A stretch of 64,000 bases of DNA, taken from Pseudoxanthomonas sp. (GTDB lineage Bacteria; Pseudomonadota; Gammaproteobacteria; Xanthomonadales; Xanthomonadaceae). A program made the position numbers and the translations under genes. The DNA lies in assembly GCA_047601245.1 (NCBI GenBank), contig JASGJU010000002.1, positions 334,957 through 398,956 of the forward strand, given 5' to 3'. Under the pieces are notes generated by a model that worked only from the letters and a program-made list of their open reading frames with translations, was not told where the DNA came from and ran no database searches. This document shows, piece by piece, positions 23,535 through 34,828 of the stretch. Numbering within the stretch: position 1 is the stretch's first letter; each line of letters starts with the position of its first letter.

Positions 23535-24290
23535 ATGCGACGCAAAATCGTAGCCGGAAACTGGAAGCTGCACGGTACCCGACACTTCGCCACCGCGCTG
23601 GTCGCGGAGGTGGCCGCAGCGCTGCCGCTGCCCGGCGTGGACGTGGTGGTGCTGCCGCCGTTGCCGTACCTGGGCGACCTGATCGAGGACTTCGAGGGGC
23701 GGCCGCTGGCGTTCGGTGCGCAGGACGTCAGCCACAACGAGAAGGGCGCGTTCACCGGCGAGGTGTCGGCAATGATGCTCGTCGATGTGGGTGCGCGCTA
23801 CGGCCTGGTCGGCCATTCCGAGCGCCGCCAGTACCACTACGAGAACAGCGACTTGGTCGCCAAGAAGTTCGTGGCCGCCCGCAACGCCGGGCTGGCGCCG
23901 ATCCTGTGCATCGGCGAAACCCTGGAACAGCGCCAGGCCGGGCAGACCGAGGAAGTGCTGGCCGCGCAGTTGCAGCCGGTGCTGGAGCGGGCAGGGGTCG
24001 CGGCCTTCGCCGGGGCCGTGGTCGCCTACGAGCCGGTCTGGGCCATCGGCACCGGGCATACCGCCAGCCCCGAGCAGGCGCAGCAGGTGCATGCCTTCAT
24101 CCGTGGCCAGGTGGCCGCGCGGGATGCTAGAATCGCCAGTTCGCTGCCGTTGCTGTACGGCGGCAGCGTCAAGCCGGACAACGCCTTGGCGTTGTTCGCC
24201 CAGCCGGACGTCGATGGCGGGCTGATCGGCGGCGCTTCGCTGGTGGCCGCGGATTTCCTGGCCATCGCGCGGGCGGCGGCCTTGAACTGA
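23535..24290 (+). CDS. tpiA: Triosephosphate isomerase
   Basis: AGNWK, GHSERR, AYEPVWAIGTG, YGGSVKP, GGASL. Confidence 0.98.
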   Translation: MRRKIVAGNWKLHGTRHFATALVAEVAAALPLPGVDVVVLPPLPYLGDLIEDFEGRPLAFGAQDVSHNEKGAFTGEVSAMMLVDVGARYGLVGHSERRQYHYENSDLVAKKFVAARNAGLAPILCIGETLEQRQAGQTEEVLAAQLQPVLERAGVAAFAGAVVAYEPVWAIGTGHTASPEQAQQVHAFIRGQVAARDARIASSLPLLYGGSVKPDNALALFAQPDVDGGLIGGASLVAADFLAIARAAALN

Positions 24291-24316
24291 ACGCAAGAGC
24301 AAGAGAACCCCATTCC

Positions 24317-24730
24317 ATGATGTTGATCCTCAATGTCGCCTTCGTGCTGGTCGCGGTGGCCATCATCGTGCTGGTGCTGATGCAGCGCGGCGCCGGCGCG
24401 CAGGCCGGCTCCGGCTTCGGCGCGGGCGCCTCCGGCACCGTGTTCGGCGCGCGCGGCGCGTCCAACTTCCTGTCCAAGAGCACCAAGTGGATGGCGGTGG
24501 CGTTCTTCGCCATCGCGCTGTTCATGGGCTGGCGCGCCGCCCACAGCGCGCGCCCGGTGCAGCGGAACCTGGGCCTGATGGCCGAACCGGAACAGCCGGC
24601 CGCGCCGAAAGCCGCCGGCGAACTGGCCGCCCCGGCCGCGTCCTCGACCGTGCCGGCGGCCACGCCCGCCGCGCCGGCGCAATCGACGTCGCCGCAACCG
24701 GAACCGACCGCTCCGGCGCAGGACAAGTAA
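24317..24730 (+). CDS. secG: Preprotein translocase subunit SecG
   Basis: LVLMQRGAGAQAGSGFG..VFGARG, two TM helices; tpiA-secG-tRNA-Leu context. Confidence 0.95.
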   Translation: MMLILNVAFVLVAVAIIVLVLMQRGAGAQAGSGFGAGASGTVFGARGASNFLSKSTKWMAVAFFAIALFMGWRAAHSARPVQRNLGLMAEPEQPAAPKAAGELAAPAASSTVPAATPAAPAQSTSPQPEPTAPAQDK

Positions 24731-24755
24731 CCGCTACAATCGCAACGCAGCTTCA

Positions 24756-24840
24756 GCCCAGGTGGCGGAATTGGTAGACGCACTACCTTGAGGTGGTAGC
24801 GGAGAGATCCGTAGGGGTTCGAGTCCCCTCTTGGGCACCA
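24756..24840 (+). tRNA. tRNA-Leu(GAG)
   Basis: GCCCAGG...TTGGGC-ACCA acceptor stem, anticodon arm CTACC-ttGAGgt-GGTAG, long variable arm, GGTTCGAG T-loop. Confidence 0.97.
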
Positions 24841-24843
24841 TAC

Positions 24844-24870
24844 AACCCCCGGCGACGGGGGTTTTTCTTT
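24844..24870 (+). terminator. Intrinsic terminator after tRNA-Leu
   Basis: AACCCCCG-GCGA-CGGGGGTT followed by a T tract. Confidence 0.85.
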
Positions 24871-25124
24871 GGCAAATGCGAACGCCTCGCATCCCTTCGA
24901 TCGTTCGAAGGAAATTTGCGTCCGTCATCGCTTTGTCGCACTGCAAAACGTTTACGCGGCAGTTCGCCTGCCGCTACAATTCCGATGTTAGCCGGACCGC
25001 CCGGTACGACGCGCCTGTTCAGGCGCTACGGAAGGGCGGAAACGCACGTCGGTCCGACCTTCCCCCGCGCCTTCGGCGCATGGGTCCGACCATCGGCCAA
25101 CCGACCAGAACCAGAGAATCGCGA

Positions 25125-25481
25125 GTGCTCGCCAATTACCTGCCGACCCTGCTGTTCCTGATCGTCGCCACCGGCATCGGCGTCGCGCTGATGGTGGCCG
25201 GTCGATTCCTCGGCCCCCGCCGCCCGGACGCGCAGAAGCTGTCGCCCTACGAGTGCGGCTTCGAGGCGTTCGAGGACGCGCGCATGAAGTTCGACGTGCG
25301 CTACTACCTGATCGCCATCCAGTTCATCGTCTTCGACCTGGAAATCATCTTCATCGTGCCGTGGACCCAGGTGTTCATGGACATCGGCGCGCGCTCCCTG
25401 GTCACCATGGGCCTGTTCGTGGGCATGCTGTTCCTGGGCTTCATCTACGTTTGGAAGAAAGGTGCCCTGGAATGGGAGTGA
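25125..25481 (+). CDS. nuoA: NADH-quinone oxidoreductase subunit A
   Basis: [33 protein letters not shown]. Confidence 0.97.
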   Translation: MLANYLPTLLFLIVATGIGVALMVAGRFLGPRRPDAQKLSPYECGFEAFEDARMKFDVRYYLIAIQFIVFDLEIIFIVPWTQVFMDIGARSLVTMGLFVGMLFLGFIYVWKKGALEWE

Positions 25482-26026
25482 TCCAAACCCTCGACAAGCT
25501 GATGAACAACCCGATCCCGGAAGGGCGGGTCGACGACATCCTGCGCCCGGAGGGCGAGAACCCGCTGCTGGAGAAGGGCTACGTCACCACCAGCGTCGAC
25601 GCGCTGATGAACTGGGCGCGCACCGGCTCGATGTGGCCGATGACCTTCGGCCTGGCCTGCTGCGCGGTGGAGATGATGCACGCCGGCGCCGCGCGCCTGG
25701 ACCTGGACCGCTACGGCGTGGTGTTCCGCCCGTCGCCGCGCCAGTCCGACGTGATGATCGTCGCCGGCACCCTGGTCAACAAGATGGCCCCGGCGCTGCG
25801 CAAGGTCTACGACCAGATGCCCGACCCGAAGTGGGTGATCAGCATGGGCAGCTGCGCCAACGGCGGCGGCTACTACCACTACTCGTATTCGGTGGTGCGC
25901 GGCTGCGACCGCATCGTGCCGGTGGACATCTACGTGCCCGGCTGCCCGCCGACCGCCGAGGCGCTGGTGTACGGCATCCTGCAGTTGCAGAAGAAGATCT
26001 GGCGCACGCAGACCATCGCGCGCTGA
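25472..26026 (+). CDS. nuoB: NADH-quinone oxidoreductase subunit B
   Basis: [28 protein letters not shown]. Confidence 0.97.
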   Translation: MGVIQTLDKLMNNPIPEGRVDDILRPEGENPLLEKGYVTTSVDALMNWARTGSMWPMTFGLACCAVEMMHAGAARLDLDRYGVVFRPSPRQSDVMIVAGTLVNKMAPALRKVYDQMPDPKWVISMGSCANGGGYYHYSYSVVRGCDRIVPVDIYVPGCPPTAEALVYGILQLQKKIWRTQTIAR

Positions 26027-26077
26027 ATCCTCCGCAACACCGTCATCCCCATCCAATAGCAGAGCACGCCACGCCCC

Positions 26078-26827
26078 ATGGCAGAGCAAGCAGCCAACTT
26101 CGCCGAACAATTGCGCGCGCGCTTCGCGGGCGCGGTCGTGTCCGAGGCGCACGGCGAGACCACGCTGGAAGTCGCCGCGCCGCAATGGCGCGAGGCCGCC
26201 GTCGCGCTGCGCGACGAATTCGGCTTCGAGCAGTTGAGCGACCTGTGCGGCGTCGACTACCTGAGCTACGGCGACGACGAATGGGATACCTCCGACGTGT
26301 CCTCGGAAGGCTTCAGCCGCGGCGTCGAGGGCAAGGGCGCCGGCCGCTTCGCCTGGGGCGAATTCCCGAGCGCCGAGGAAGGCGACGCCGGCATCCTCCC
26401 GGTCGTGGTGCCGCGCAACCGTTTCGCCGTGGTCGCGCACCTGATCTCGTATCGATATAACCGCCGCCTGCGCATCCGCTGCCACGCGCCGGACGACGAC
26501 GTGCCGGTGGTGGCCTCGGTGACCGAGGTGTGGCCCGGCGCGAACTGGTTCGAGCGCGAGGCCTTCGACCTGTACGGCATCGTCTTCGAGGGCCACCCGG
26601 ACCTGCGCCGGATCCTGACCGACTACGGCTTCGTCGGCCATCCGTTCCGCAAGGACTTCCCGCTGATCGGCAACGTCGAGGTCCGCTACGACGAAGAGAA
26701 GAAGCGCGTGGTCTACGAGCCGGTGACCTCGGTGGAGCCGCGCGTCGGCGTGCCGCGCGTGATCCGCGACGACGCGCGCTACCAGACCGCCGCCGGCGAA
26801 ATCGCGCAGCGGGAGCAGGGCAAATGA
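26078..26827 (+). CDS. nuoC: NADH-quinone oxidoreductase subunit C
   Basis: [33 protein letters not shown]. Confidence 0.97.
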   Translation: MAEQAANFAEQLRARFAGAVVSEAHGETTLEVAAPQWREAAVALRDEFGFEQLSDLCGVDYLSYGDDEWDTSDVSSEGFSRGVEGKGAGRFAWGEFPSAEEGDAGILPVVVPRNRFAVVAHLISYRYNRRLRIRCHAPDDDVPVVASVTEVWPGANWFEREAFDLYGIVFEGHPDLRRILTDYGFVGHPFRKDFPLIGNVEVRYDEEKKRVVYEPVTSVEPRVGVPRVIRDDARYQTAAGEIAQREQGK

Positions 26828-28131
26828 GCGAATTCCACCAGGCCCACGAGGCCTTTGCGAGCAATCCCGCCGAGAGCCGGCAGGAGATCCGCAACTACAC
26901 GATGAACTTCGGCCCGCAGCATCCGGCCGCGCACGGCGTGTTGCGCCTGATCCTGGAGATGGACGGCGAAACCATTGTCCGCGCCGATCCGCACATCGGC
27001 CTGCTGCACCGGGGCACCGAGAAGCTGGCCGAGTCCAAGCCGTTCAACCAGTCGATCGGCTACATGGACCGCCTCGACTACGTGTCGATGATGTGCAACG
27101 AACACGCCTACGTGCGCGCCATCGAGAACCTGATGGGGATCGAGGCGCCGGAGCGCGCGCAGTGGATCCGCACGCTGTTCGACGAGATCACGCGCCTGCG
27201 CAACCACCTGATGTGGATCGGCTCGAACGCGCTGGACCTGGGCGCGATGGCGGTGATGCTGTACGCGTTCCGCGAGCGCGAGGAACTGATGGACTGCTAC
27301 GAGGCGGTCAGCGGCGCGCGCATGCACGCGACCTACTACCGCCCCGGCGGCGTCTACCGCGACCTGCCGGACCGCATGCCGAAGTACAAGGAATCGAAGT
27401 GGCACAAGGGCGCGGCGCTGAACAGGCTCAACGCCGCGCGCGAAGGCACGATGCTCGACTTCCTCGAGAACATGGTCGAGGAGTTCCCGAAGCGCTTCGA
27501 CGAATACGAGACCCTGCTGACCGACAACCGCATCTGGAAGCAGCGCACCGTCGGCATCGGCGTGATCTCACCGGAACACGCCAGGGCCTGGGGCATGACC
27601 GGGGTGATGCTGCGCGGCTCCGGCATCGAGTGGGACCTGCGCAAGAAACAGCCGTACGCGAAGTACGCCGAGGTCGACTTCGACATCCCGGTCGGCGTCA
27701 ACGGCGACTGCTACGACCGCTACCTGGTGCGCGTGGCGGAGATGCGTCAGTCGATCCGCATCATCGGCCAGTGCGTGAAGTGGCTCAAGGCCAACCCCGG
27801 TCCGGTGATCGTCGACAACTTCAAGGTCGCGCCGCCCAAGCGCGCCGAGATGAAGGACGACATGGAAGCGCTGATCCACCACTTCAAGCTGTTCAGCGAA
27901 GGCTATTGCGTGCCGGCCGGCGAGACCTACGCCGCGGTCGAGGCGCCGAAGGGCGAGTTCGGCTGCTACCTGGTCAGCGACGGCGCCAACAAGCCGTTCC
28001 GCGTGCACCTGCGCGCGCCGGGTTTTGTGCACCTGTCGTCGATGGACAGCGTGGTGCGCGGGCATCTTCTGGCCGACGTCGTCGCGATGATCGGCACCTA
28101 CGATCTGGTATTTGGTGAGGTGGACCGATGA
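26824..28131 (+). CDS. nuoD: NADH-quinone oxidoreductase subunit D
   Basis: [33 protein letters not shown]. Confidence 0.97.
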   Translation: MSEFHQAHEAFASNPAESRQEIRNYTMNFGPQHPAAHGVLRLILEMDGETIVRADPHIGLLHRGTEKLAESKPFNQSIGYMDRLDYVSMMCNEHAYVRAIENLMGIEAPERAQWIRTLFDEITRLRNHLMWIGSNALDLGAMAVMLYAFREREELMDCYEAVSGARMHATYYRPGGVYRDLPDRMPKYKESKWHKGAALNRLNAAREGTMLDFLENMVEEFPKRFDEYETLLTDNRIWKQRTVGIGVISPEHARAWGMTGVMLRGSGIEWDLRKKQPYAKYAEVDFDIPVGVNGDCYDRYLVRVAEMRQSIRIIGQCVKWLKANPGPVIVDNFKVAPPKRAEMKDDMEALIHHFKLFSEGYCVPAGETYAAVEAPKGEFGCYLVSDGANKPFRVHLRAPGFVHLSSMDSVVRGHLLADVVAMIGTYDLVFGEVDR

Positions 28132-28655
28132 GGGCCACGGGCAATTTCAAAAAGGCGCAGCACGTCGACCCGATGGTCGCGCTGAGCGCGGACACCCGCG
28201 CGCACATCGACCACTGGCTGACCAAGTTCCCGCCGGACCGCAAGCGTTCCGCCGTGCTGCAGGGCCTGCACGCGGCGCAGGAGCAGAACGGCGGCTGGCT
28301 GACCGACGAACTGATCGCCGCAGTGGCGAAGTACCTGGAAATCCCGCCGGTGTGGGCCTACGAGGTCGCCAGCTTCTACTCGATGTTCGAGACCGAGAAG
28401 GTCGGCCGCAACAACGTGGCCTTCTGCACCAACATCTCGTGCTGGCTGAACGGCGCCAACGAACTGGTCGAACACGCTGAGAAGAAGCTCGGCTGCAAGC
28501 TGGGCGAATCGACCGCCGACGGCCGCGTCTACCTCAAGCGTGAGGAAGAGTGCGTGGCTGCGTGCTGCGGCGCGCCGGTGGTCGTCATCAACGGTCATTA
28601 CCACGAGAAGCTCTCGCCCGAGAGGGTCGACGAACTGCTCGACGGGTTGGAGTGA
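28128..28655 (+). CDS. nuoE: NADH-quinone oxidoreductase subunit E
   Basis: [24 protein letters not shown]. Confidence 0.96.
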   Translation: MRATGNFKKAQHVDPMVALSADTRAHIDHWLTKFPPDRKRSAVLQGLHAAQEQNGGWLTDELIAAVAKYLEIPPVWAYEVASFYSMFETEKVGRNNVAFCTNISCWLNGANELVEHAEKKLGCKLGESTADGRVYLKREEECVAACCGAPVVVINGHYHEKLSPERVDELLDGLE

Positions 28656-28663
28656 GCAAGCGT

Positions 28664-30028
28664 ATGGCACATCACCCGCACAAATCCGAAGGCTACGGTC
28701 CCGTCGGCCCCGCTCCGAAGGAGCACCAGGCCGTCTACACCACGCTGCACTTCGACAAGCCGTGGTCGTACGAGAACTACCTGAAGACCGGCGGCTACCA
28801 GGCGCTGCGCAGGATCCTGAGCGAGAAGATCCCGCCGGCCGACGTGGTCGAGATGGTCAAGCAGTCCGGCCTGCGCGGCCGCGGCGGCGCGGGCTTCCCG
28901 ACCGGGCTGAAGTGGTCGTTCATGCCCAAGGGCGACATGCAGAAGTACATCCTCTGCAACTCGGACGAGTCCGAGCCGGGCACCGCCAAGGACCGCGACA
29001 TCCTGCGCTACAACCCGCACGCGGTGATCGAGGGCATGGCGATCGCCTGCTACGCCACCGGCAGCACGGTCGGCTACAACTATCTGCGCGGCGAGTTCCA
29101 CCACGAGCCGTTCGAGCACCTGGAGGAAGCCACCGCCGAAGCCTACGCCAACGGCTGGCTGGGCAAGAACGTCCTCGGCAGCGGCGTCGACATCGACATC
29201 TACAATGCGCTGGGCGCGGGCGCCTACATCTGCGGCGAGGAAACCGCGCTGATGGAGTCGCTGGAAGGCAAGAAGGGCCAGCCGCGGTTCAAGCCGCCGT
29301 TCCCGGCCAACTTCGGCCTGTACGGCAAGCCGACCACGATCAACAACACCGAGACCTACGCCTCGGTGCCGGCGATCGTGCGCAACGGCCCCGAGTGGTT
29401 CATGAACCTGGGCAAGCCGAACAACGGCGGCTGCAAGATCTTCTCGGTCAGCGGCCACGTCGCGCGTCCGGGCAACCACGAGATCCGCCTGGGCACGCCG
29501 TTCTCCGAACTGCTGGAGCTGTGCGGCGGCATCCGCAACGGCAACCGCATCAAGGCGGTGATCCCCGGCGGCTCGTCGATGAAGGTGCTGCCGGGCGAGG
29601 TCATGATGGGCCTGACCATGGACTACGACAGCATCCAGAAGGCCGGCTCTGGCCTCGGCTCGGGCGCGGTCGTGGTGATGGACCACACCGCCTGCATGGT
29701 CCGCGCCTGCCAGCGCATCGCGCGCTTCTACTTCAAGGAAAGCTGCGGCCAGTGCACGCCGTGCCGCGAAGGCACCGGCTGGATGTACCGCATGCTGACC
29801 CGCATCGTCGAGAAGCAGGCGACGCTGGAGGACCTGCACATGCTGCGCACCGCCGCCGGGCAGATCGAGGGCCACACCATCTGCGCCTTCGGCGAGGCCG
29901 CGGCGTGGCCGGTGCAGGGCTTCCTGCACCATTTCTGGCACGAATTCGAATACGCGATCGTCAATAAGCGCTTCCTCGTCGATGACGAACTGGCGGGCAC
30001 GGTGATCGAATCGAAGGTGGCGGCATGA
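28664..30028 (+). CDS. nuoF: NADH-quinone oxidoreductase subunit F
   Basis: [32 protein letters not shown]. Confidence 0.97.
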   Translation: MAHHPHKSEGYGPVGPAPKEHQAVYTTLHFDKPWSYENYLKTGGYQALRRILSEKIPPADVVEMVKQSGLRGRGGAGFPTGLKWSFMPKGDMQKYILCNSDESEPGTAKDRDILRYNPHAVIEGMAIACYATGSTVGYNYLRGEFHHEPFEHLEEATAEAYANGWLGKNVLGSGVDIDIYNALGAGAYICGEETALMESLEGKKGQPRFKPPFPANFGLYGKPTTINNTETYASVPAIVRNGPEWFMNLGKPNNGGCKIFSVSGHVARPGNHEIRLGTPFSELLELCGGIRNGNRIKAVIPGGSSMKVLPGEVMMGLTMDYDSIQKAGSGLGSGAVVVMDHTACMVRACQRIARFYFKESCGQCTPCREGTGWMYRMLTRIVEKQATLEDLHMLRTAAGQIEGHTICAFGEAAAWPVQGFLHHFWHEFEYAIVNKRFLVDDELAGTVIESKVAA

Positions 30029-32271
30029 GCGCGCAGCCCGTGAACCCGAACCTTCCGCCGGACCACGTCACCGTCTTCATCGACGGCGTCGAACTGGCCG
30101 CGCCGAAGAACTCGATGATCATCCAGGCCGCCGACAAGGCCGGCATCCCGATCCCGCGCTTCTGCTACCACGACAAGCTGGCAGTGGCGGCGAACTGCCG
30201 CATGTGCCTGGTCGACACCGAAATGGGCGGCCGCGCCGCGCCCAAGCCGTCGCCGGCCTGCGCCACGCCGGTGGCCGACGGCATGAAGGTGTTCACGCGC
30301 AACGAGAAGGCGCTGAAGTCCCAGCGCAACGTGATGGAATTCCTGCTGATCAACCATCCGCTCGACTGCCCGATCTGCGATCAGGGCGGCGAGTGCGAAC
30401 TGCAGGACCTGTCGCTGGGCTACGGCCGCTCGGTCAGCCGCTTCAACGAGCGCAAGCGCACCGTGCCGGACGAGGACATCGGCCCGCTGGTCGCCACCGA
30501 GATGACCCGCTGCATCCAGTGCACGCGCTGCGTGCGCTTCACCGCGGAGATCGCCGGCACCTACGAACTCGGCGGCATGTACCGCGGCGAGAACCTGCAG
30601 ATCGGCACCTTCGACGGCAAGCCGCTGACCACGGAACTGTCCGGCAACGTGATCGACGTGTGCCCGGTCGGCGCGCTGACCAACAAGGTGTTCCAGTTCA
30701 AGGCGCGGCCGTGGGAACTGCAGGCGCGCGAATCGCTGGGCTGGCACGACGCGATGGGCAGCAACCTGTTCCTGCACGTGCGCCGCGGCCAGGTGCTGCG
30801 CACCGTGCCGCGCGACAACGAAGCGGTCAACGAGTGCTGGCTGTCCGACCGCGACCGCTATTCGCACCAGGGCCTGTACGCCGAGGACCGCGCGGTCAAG
30901 CCGCTGCAGAAGGTCGATGGCGAGTGGCGCGAGGTGTCGTGGGGCGAAGCGCTGGCCGCCGCCGCGGAGATCCTGCGCGGCAACCGGGGCGACGACCTCG
31001 GCGTGCTGGCGCACCCGGCGACCTCGACGGAAGAGGGCGGCCTGCTCGCCGCGCTGGCCGAGGGCCTGGGCAGCGGCAACGTCGACCACCGCATCGGCAA
31101 TCGTGACTTCTCCGATGGCGCGGTCGCTGAAACCTTCGAGATGCCATTGGCCGAGGTCGAGAAAGCAGATGCCATCGTCGTCTTCGGCAGCAACATCCGC
31201 CACGAGCTGCCGCTGCTGCACCAGCGCATCCGCAAGGCGGTGCGCAACGGCGCGAAGGTGCACACGGTCAATCCGGTCGATTTCGATTTCACCTTCTCCG
31301 CGGCCAGCAAGCGCATCGTGCCGCCGTCGCAACTGGCCGGCGCGTTGAACGACGCCGCGCTGGCCGAGGCGGTGAAGGGCGCCAACCATGCCGTCGTCAT
31401 CGTCGGCGCGATCGCCGAGAACCACCCGCAAGCCGCGCAACTGCGCAAGGCCGCGCGCGATTTCGCCGCCGCGACCGGCGCCAAGTTGAACCGCATTCCG
31501 CAAGGCGCGAACGCGGTCGGTCTGGCGAAGGTCGGATTGCTGCCGAAGGGCAGGGACGTCGCCGCGCAATTCACCGACCTGCGCAAGGCCTACGCGATCT
31601 ACGGCATCGAGCCGGGCCTGGACTTCGCCGACACGCCGGCGGCGCTGAAGGCGCTGAACGCAGCCAAGGTCGTCGCCTTCAGCCATTACGCCTGCGCTTC
31701 GACCCGCGCGGTCGCCGACGTGATCCTGCCGATCGGCGCGCTGCCGGAAATCGAGGCGACCCTGGTCAACCTGGACGGCGCGGCGCAGACCGCGCAGCCG
31801 GGCGGCAAGCTGCCGGGCGAGGCCCGCGAGGGCTGGCGCGTGCTGCGCGCGCTCGGCGGCGAACTGGGCCTGCCGGCGTTCGAGTTCACCGACCTGGCCG
31901 GCGCGCGCGCGCTGGTCGGTTCGCGCACGACCTTCGCGCCGACCTCCTCGGCCGCGGCAGCCGGTGAATCCGGCGGCCTCGAAGCCGTCGCCGTCGCCGG
32001 CATCTATCGCAGCGACGCCACCGTGCGCCGCGCCGCCGCGCTGCAGGCGCATCCGCTGAACGTCGGTCCGCGCATCGTGCTGAACCCGGAAGACGCGAAG
32101 AACATCGGCGTCGAGCACGGCAAGGTGGCGAAGGTCGCCGCCGCCGCCGGTACCGCCACCTTGCCGGTGGTCGTGGACAAGTCGGTCGCGCCGGGTGCGG
32201 CCTGGATCGAAGCCGGTCACGGTGCGACCGCGCCGCTGGGGGCGGGACGCATCACGGTGGTGGCCGCATGA
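30025..32271 (+). CDS. nuoG: NADH-quinone oxidoreductase subunit G
   Basis: [34 protein letters not shown]. Confidence 0.97.
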   Translation: MSAQPVNPNLPPDHVTVFIDGVELAAPKNSMIIQAADKAGIPIPRFCYHDKLAVAANCRMCLVDTEMGGRAAPKPSPACATPVADGMKVFTRNEKALKSQRNVMEFLLINHPLDCPICDQGGECELQDLSLGYGRSVSRFNERKRTVPDEDIGPLVATEMTRCIQCTRCVRFTAEIAGTYELGGMYRGENLQIGTFDGKPLTTELSGNVIDVCPVGALTNKVFQFKARPWELQARESLGWHDAMGSNLFLHVRRGQVLRTVPRDNEAVNECWLSDRDRYSHQGLYAEDRAVKPLQKVDGEWREVSWGEALAAAAEILRGNRGDDLGVLAHPATSTEEGGLLAALAEGLGSGNVDHRIGNRDFSDGAVAETFEMPLAEVEKADAIVVFGSNIRHELPLLHQRIRKAVRNGAKVHTVNPVDFDFTFSAASKRIVPPSQLAGALNDAALAEAVKGANHAVVIVGAIAENHPQAAQLRKAARDFAAATGAKLNRIPQGANAVGLAKVGLLPKGRDVAAQFTDLRKAYAIYGIEPGLDFADTPAALKALNAAKVVAFSHYACASTRAVADVILPIGALPEIEATLVNLDGAAQTAQPGGKLPGEAREGWRVLRALGGELGLPAFEFTDLAGARALVGSRTTFAPTSSAAAAGESGGLEAVAVAGIYRSDATVRRAAALQAHPLNVGPRIVLNPEDAKNIGVEHGKVAKVAAAAGTATLPVVVDKSVAPGAAWIEAGHGATAPLGAGRITVVAA

Positions 32272-33365
32272 ACGAGTTGTTGATCCATCTGGTCGGCCCG
32301 CTGCGCGACTGGTTCCTCGGCCTCGGCGCCGGTGGACTGGTGCTGTGGACGGTGTTGAAGATCCTGGTGATCGCGATGCCGGTCATCATCGCCGTGGCCT
32401 TCTACGTGGTCTGGGAACGCAAATTGATCGGCTGGATGCACGTCCGCCACGGGCCGATGTACGTCGGCCTGGGCGGCCTGTTCCAGGCCTTCGCCGACGT
32501 GTTCAAGCTGCTGTTCAAGGAAGTGATCGCGCCGTCCAGCGCGCAGAAGACGATCTACATCCTCGCGCCGCTGATCACGCTGGCTCCCGCGTTCGCGGCG
32601 TGGGCGGTGGTGCCGTTCGACCTCAAGCTGGTGCTGTCGAACGCCAACGCCGGCCTGCTGTACCTGTTGGCGATGACCTCGCTGGGCGTGTACGGCATCA
32701 TCCTCGCGGGTTGGGCGTCGAACTCCAAGTACGCCTTCCTCGGCGCGATGCGCTCGGCCGCGCAGGTGGTCAGCTACGAGATCGCGATGGGCTTCGCCCT
32801 GGTCGGGGTGATGATCGCCGCAGGCACCCTGAACATGACCGGGATCGTGGAGGCGCAGCGCGGCGACGCCGGCTTCTTCGAATGGTTCTGGCTGCCGCTG
32901 TTGCCGCTGTTCGTCGTCTACTGGGTGTCCGGCGTGGCCGAGACCAACCGCGCCCCGTTCGACGTGGTCGAGGGCGAATCGGAAATCGTCGCCGGCCACA
33001 TGGTCGAATACTCCGGCGCCGCGTTCGCGCTGTTCTTCCTGGCCGAATACGCCAACATGATCCTGGTCAGCTTCCTGATCGCGATCTTCTTCCTCGGCGG
33101 CTGGCTCAGCCCGGTGCAGGGCTGGGTCGACCTCGGCGACGTCTCGCCGTGGGTCGACTGGGTGTGGAAGGGCGGCTGGCCGTGGCTGCTGGGCAAGGTG
33201 TTCTTCTTCATGAGCGCCTACATCTGGTTCCGCGCCAGCTTCCCGCGCTACCGCTACGACCAGATCATGCGCCTGGGCTGGAAGGTGTTCATCCCGCTGA
33301 CCATCGCCTGGATCGCGGTGACGGCGCTGCTGGTGTTCTACGGTTACGTGCAGAAGGGTGTCTGA
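32268..33365 (+). CDS. nuoH: NADH-quinone oxidoreductase subunit H
   Basis: [31 protein letters not shown]. Confidence 0.97.
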   Translation: MNELLIHLVGPLRDWFLGLGAGGLVLWTVLKILVIAMPVIIAVAFYVVWERKLIGWMHVRHGPMYVGLGGLFQAFADVFKLLFKEVIAPSSAQKTIYILAPLITLAPAFAAWAVVPFDLKLVLSNANAGLLYLLAMTSLGVYGIILAGWASNSKYAFLGAMRSAAQVVSYEIAMGFALVGVMIAAGTLNMTGIVEAQRGDAGFFEWFWLPLLPLFVVYWVSGVAETNRAPFDVVEGESEIVAGHMVEYSGAAFALFFLAEYANMILVSFLIAIFFLGGWLSPVQGWVDLGDVSPWVDWVWKGGWPWLLGKVFFFMSAYIWFRASFPRYRYDQIMRLGWKVFIPLTIAWIAVTALLVFYGYVQKGV

Positions 33366-33369
33366 GGCA

Positions 33370-33858
33370 ATGAACAAGATCGTCCATTACTTCAAGAGCC
33401 TGATGCTGCTGGAATTGCTCGGCGGCCTGTGGCTGACGCTGAAGTACGCATTCAAGCCCAAGTACACGATGCGCTATCCGTTCGAGCGCTTCCCGCAGTC
33501 GCCGCGCTTCCGCGGCCTGCACGCGCTGCGCCGCTACCCCAACGGCGAGGAACGCTGCATCGCCTGCAAGCTGTGCGAGGCGGTGTGCCCGGCGCTGGCG
33601 ATCACCATCGACTCGACCAAGCGCGAGGACGGCACCCGCCGCACCACGCGCTACGACATCGACCTGTTCAAGTGCATCTACTGCGGCTTCTGCGAGGAAA
33701 GCTGCCCGGTGGACTCCATCGTCGAGACGCACATCCTGGACTACCACTTCGAGAAGCGCGGCGAGAACATCGTCACCAAGCCGCAGTTGCTGGCCATCGG
33801 CGACCGCCTGGAAGCCGAGATCGCCGAACGCCGCGCCGCCGACGCCGCCTACCGCTGA
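33370..33858 (+). CDS. nuoI: NADH-quinone oxidoreductase subunit I
   Basis: Two CxxCxxCxxxCP ferredoxin motifs. Confidence 0.97.
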   Translation: MNKIVHYFKSLMLLELLGGLWLTLKYAFKPKYTMRYPFERFPQSPRFRGLHALRRYPNGEERCIACKLCEAVCPALAITIDSTKREDGTRRTTRYDIDLFKCIYCGFCEESCPVDSIVETHILDYHFEKRGENIVTKPQLLAIGDRLEAEIAERRAADAAYR

Positions 33859-33865
33859 GGAATTC

Positions 33866-34504
33866 ATGGACTGGCCGCTCATCAGTTTCTACGTTTTCGC
33901 CGCCACCGCGGTGATCGCCGCCGGCGCGGTGATCAGCCTGCGCAACCCCGTGCACGCGGTGCTGTGCCTGATCCTGACCTTCTTCTCGGTGGCCTGCACC
34001 TGGATCCTGGTCGGCGCCGAGTTCCTCGGCGTCGCCCTGGTGCTGGTCTACGTGGGCGCGGTGATGGTGCTGTTCCTGTTCGTGGTGATGATGCTGGACC
34101 TGGACGTCGCCAAGTTGCGCGAAGGCTGGGTCAAGTTCCTGCCGGTTGGCCTGGTGGTCGCGGTGGTGATGCTGCTGCAGATGCTGGCGCTGATCGGCAT
34201 CAAGGCCCGGACCGCCGCGCCGCTGCCGGCCAACGCTGCTTCCGAAGCGGCCGAGACCTCCAACATCACCTGGCTGGCGCACACGCTGTTCACCGAATTC
34301 CTGCTGCCGTTCGAATTCGCTGCGGTGATCCTGACCGTGGCGGTGATCGCGGCGGTGATGCTGACCCTGCGCAAGCGCAGCGGCGTGAAGACGCAGAACC
34401 CGGGCGAACAGTCGCGGGTGAAGGCCGCCGACCGCGTCCGCCTGGTGCGCATGGAGGCGGTGAAGCCGGCGCCGGCGGCGCAGCCGCAGGAGGGCGAAGC
34501 ATGA
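33866..34504 (+). CDS. nuoJ: NADH-quinone oxidoreductase subunit J
   Basis: [22 protein letters not shown]. Confidence 0.96.
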   Translation: MDWPLISFYVFAATAVIAAGAVISLRNPVHAVLCLILTFFSVACTWILVGAEFLGVALVLVYVGAVMVLFLFVVMMLDLDVAKLREGWVKFLPVGLVVAVVMLLQMLALIGIKARTAAPLPANAASEAAETSNITWLAHTLFTEFLLPFEFAAVILTVAVIAAVMLTLRKRSGVKTQNPGEQSRVKAADRVRLVRMEAVKPAPAAQPQEGEA

Positions 34505-34821
34505 TGCTTTCAAACGGTATCACCCTGGGCCACCTGCTCGCGCTGGGCGCGGTGCTGTTCTGCATCTCGCTGGCCGGCATCTTCCTGAACCGCAAGAACG
34601 TGATCGTGCTGCTGATGTCGATCGAACTGATGCTGCTGTCGGTCAACGTCAACTTCGTCGCCTTCTCGCGCCAGCTCGGCGACCCGGCCGGGCAGTTGTT
34701 CGTGTTCTTCATCCTGACCGTGGCCGCGGCCGAGGCGGCCATCGGCCTGGCCATCCTGGTGGCGCTGTTCCGCAGCCGCCGCACCATCAACGTGGCCGAA
34801 GTGGATTCCCTGAAGGGCTGA
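34501..34821 (+). CDS. nuoK: NADH-quinone oxidoreductase subunit K
   Basis: [20 protein letters not shown]. Confidence 0.96.
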   Translation: MMLSNGITLGHLLALGAVLFCISLAGIFLNRKNVIVLLMSIELMLLSVNVNFVAFSRQLGDPAGQLFVFFILTVAAAEAAIGLAILVALFRSRRTINVAEVDSLKG

Positions 34822-34828
34822 TATCGCG

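Noticed and set aside
27181-27210. NuoD ITRLRNHL instead of the usual ITRILNHL-like motif
   Set aside because: The frame is intact; a point difference or base error cannot be judged without reads or an alignment.
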